NCBI GenBank assembly: GCA_965113315.1
Contig: OZ220368.1
Strand: one strand, 5' to 3'
From: Podarcis vaucheri
Taxonomy: Eukaryota
DNA: 64,000 bases
Below, piece after piece: positions 61,443 through 64,000 of this stretch. The notes under the pieces are model-generated. The model ran no database searches. It worked only from the letters and a program-made list of their open reading frames with translations, and was not told where the DNA came from. The position numbers and the translations under genes were made by a program. How positions within the stretch are numbered: the stretch's first letter is position 1; every line of letters starts with the position of its first letter.

Positions 61443-63812
61443 TACATCTCTCCTACTGCAATGAAAAGCTTGAAAAATTACAATGTATTTGTACTTGGCT
61501 AAAGCTAGTTATTACCTACAAGGCAACAACAACAAAAGTTTCACTTTAAGTCTGAACTTTTATTGTTTTTGCGTAGTTAGCAAAACTGACTGGGTCTGGT
61601 GCTATGATGGGCAACAATGATACTGAATTGTAATTGGGTCATACTTTCATATTGTTAGCTTTTTAGGCAGAGCTATATAGAGCTGTTAAAAACAAAACCA
61701 CCAATAAACACAGACTGATTTTCAAAAGGAGGCAAGCTTTGTCCAAACAACAGTGTGTGTCAATTGATGGCATGCGCTATGCAATGATAAAAGACGATAA
61801 AATCTTTTACAGTGGGAAATCGTTATCACTAGCAATAGAGAGAACACTTTTTAAATTTGCTGTTTTTATTACCTGAAATTTAACTGTACAATAAAAGAAG
61901 TTGCACTGCAAAACATTTGATCCAGATTGAGGTTTTTATCCCATCGTAATAATTTAATTATTTATATCCCACCCATCTGGCTGGTTGGGGCCCCAACGCT
62001 TTCTTAAAGAACTTTAGATGTGCATTAAGTGACATTCCTGCCTCTCAACGCCCCATTCCTCAGGATGCCTAAAACACATAAGGCACAGTTGAGGAAACTG
62101 ACATAAAGGGGGGGGGGGAGAGAGAGGTGAGAGATAATCTATTTTTAGCTTCCAACAGAGGACTGCCATATTACATATATAATGTGGAAAGGGTGCTGCT
62201 CTCATTCTAGCCTAAGGCACTTAACTTTAATACTCAATATGTGACTTATTAAAGTAACTGTTACATAATGAGTAATCATGTTCCATTTTTAGTATGTTTG
62301 AAGATTAATTAGTTAATGATTCCAATACGCTTTATATCTTGCAAGTGTTATCCATAAGTGCCAAGCGTTATCATTTTGGCATTCTCTCTGAAGTTTTTTA
62401 AGGTTGTCTCCACAAGGGGCCCGTCTCCTGTTACGTGCTTCACGCCTTTAAGGTAATTTTTAATCAGGAAGAACTAATAAGGGCTTTGTGTGGGATTTTG
62501 CAAACCTGACAGCATTGCACCAAAGTCATGCATTGTCAGTATGCCTCTCTTAAATGTTCACACCCATGCCTGTAGCTAAAATCTACTGGACACCCTGCAC
62601 TTAAAGAGATGACCTCAGGATTTTGCCTTTTCACAGTGCCAAGATTCAACCCTGAATAAAGAGACTGCTACTGGGCATGTGGCAAATGTTTTTATCTAAC
62701 TCCTGGGTGGGGGGACAAGGAAAGAGTTTTGCGGTGCCTAAGCTTTCGCATATAAGCTTATTTTATCAAATGCACGAATGATCCTCGCTTAGCAGCTATA
62801 TAAATACACATTGGTTTAAAAAGGGGGAGGGGAGAGATATAAACAGAGGAGCCAAAAAGTCATGAAAAGCAGGCTTGCAAATTCCAGGTGCTCCTAATCT
62901 TAGAAGTAAGGCACTTTTACTCTTCCAGAAAACCCGATAACCTCCACAAAAATTTTTTCAGGATCCCTTTTAAACAGCTCACTGCAACTTTGCAGGAAAA
63001 GCACCACAGCTCCAGAATGGCAGAATTTTACAAAAGTGATTGGTCATTCTTTCTAGGATAGGAGTTAGTAGGGGGAATGTGTTAGCAGGAATGTGGTTAT
63101 TTTTTTGCTAAACCAATACCTTGAGGAGATAAATGGAACAATGCATTATGGAACAATGCTACTGTGCTTTAAATAAATCTATCTGGGCACCAGAAACAAG
63201 AGAGATACCTGCTTACTTAGTTTAAATGCTAGGATATATACAACGGATGCCATCTTAGCAAGTCTCACATAGGAACATGGCATAAAAGGAAAGCATTTTA
63301 AAGAGTAAAAGGCTTGGAATGAAGATAAAAGGAGACCCCCAAAGTACACCTCTTAGGGATTGTAGCAAGGAAGAAACTAAGAAATCTCAGCAGGGAATTC
63401 TTGCAGCTTTACTGGATGAAAAATAAAAGGGTACCTGAAAGGGGGGGGGGGGTTAGAAAGCTTATTTTTCCAGCTGAAGTAGTCCCTTATCTCACAGAAG
63501 ATTGTACACTGTGGTCATAGAAAAATAAGCACAGGGTTATGGCAAAATTGGCAGCTCTCCCTAGGGAAGGCAGAATGAACTAACAAGCTGGAGGAAAAGA
63601 ACTATCAGAACCTTCTGAAGATGAAGATAAGGAAGAAAGGCTTTTGAGGCTACAATCAACTGCAAACCTGTTTAGGTTTCAGGAATAATCTGTCTATTTG
63701 GATAGAAACCACATTATTCAAGAGTTTCTACAGACCCGATCCCTTAACAAAACAGATCAGTAATGATGAGTAGTTTTGTAATGTTTCGCCTTAATTTGCT
63801 GGAAGCTTTACT

Positions 63813-63860
63813 GTTTGTTTGTTTGTTTGTTTGTTTGTTTGTTTGTTTGTTTGTTTGTTT
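63813..63860. repeat. (GTTT)12 microsatellite
   Basis: Directly visible. Confidence 0.95.
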
Positions 63861-64000
63861 TTCCAGGGAGTGCAAAGGATTATAGTCTAAACTCACAAAA
63901 AAGTGAGCTCCTACATGACACTCCCTGGCATATATAGGGAAGAGAATCATCAGCACCAGCATTCTTTTATAGCTATGCTGCAATTCCCTAAAGAACATTA

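Overview
Eukaryotic (vertebrate) genomic DNA, almost certainly from a squamate reptile and plausibly a lacertid lizard (Sauria SINE, RTE-BovB, CR1, Penelope-type remnants, many Tc1/mariner and hAT MITEs). Two genes lie head-to-tail on the minus strand. (1) CACHD1 (VWA and cache domain-containing protein 1): 22 coding exons located by GT-AG boundaries and phase continuity. They correspond to exons 5-14 and 16-27 of the 27-exon human model, with numbering and peptide comparison from my recollection of the human protein. There is a ~2.2 kb 3' UTR. Exon 15 is not visible and most likely sits in the 212-N assembly gap (36315-36526); exons 1-4 lie beyond the right edge. (2) The CpG-island promoter and coding exon 1 of RAVER2 (3316-3513); the rest of RAVER2 is beyond the left edge. 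Most ORFs in the supplied track are chance ORFs or exon read-throughs. I found no convincing new multi-gene system. The best leads are: Penelope-type minimal hammerhead ribozyme remnants (one with an intact catalytic core), a young hAT MITE carrying telomeric CCCTAA repeats, a three-level CR1>hAT>hAT nest, an internally deleted BovB, an exonic CTCF-like motif, a skippable transmembrane exon, and the exon hidden in the gap.
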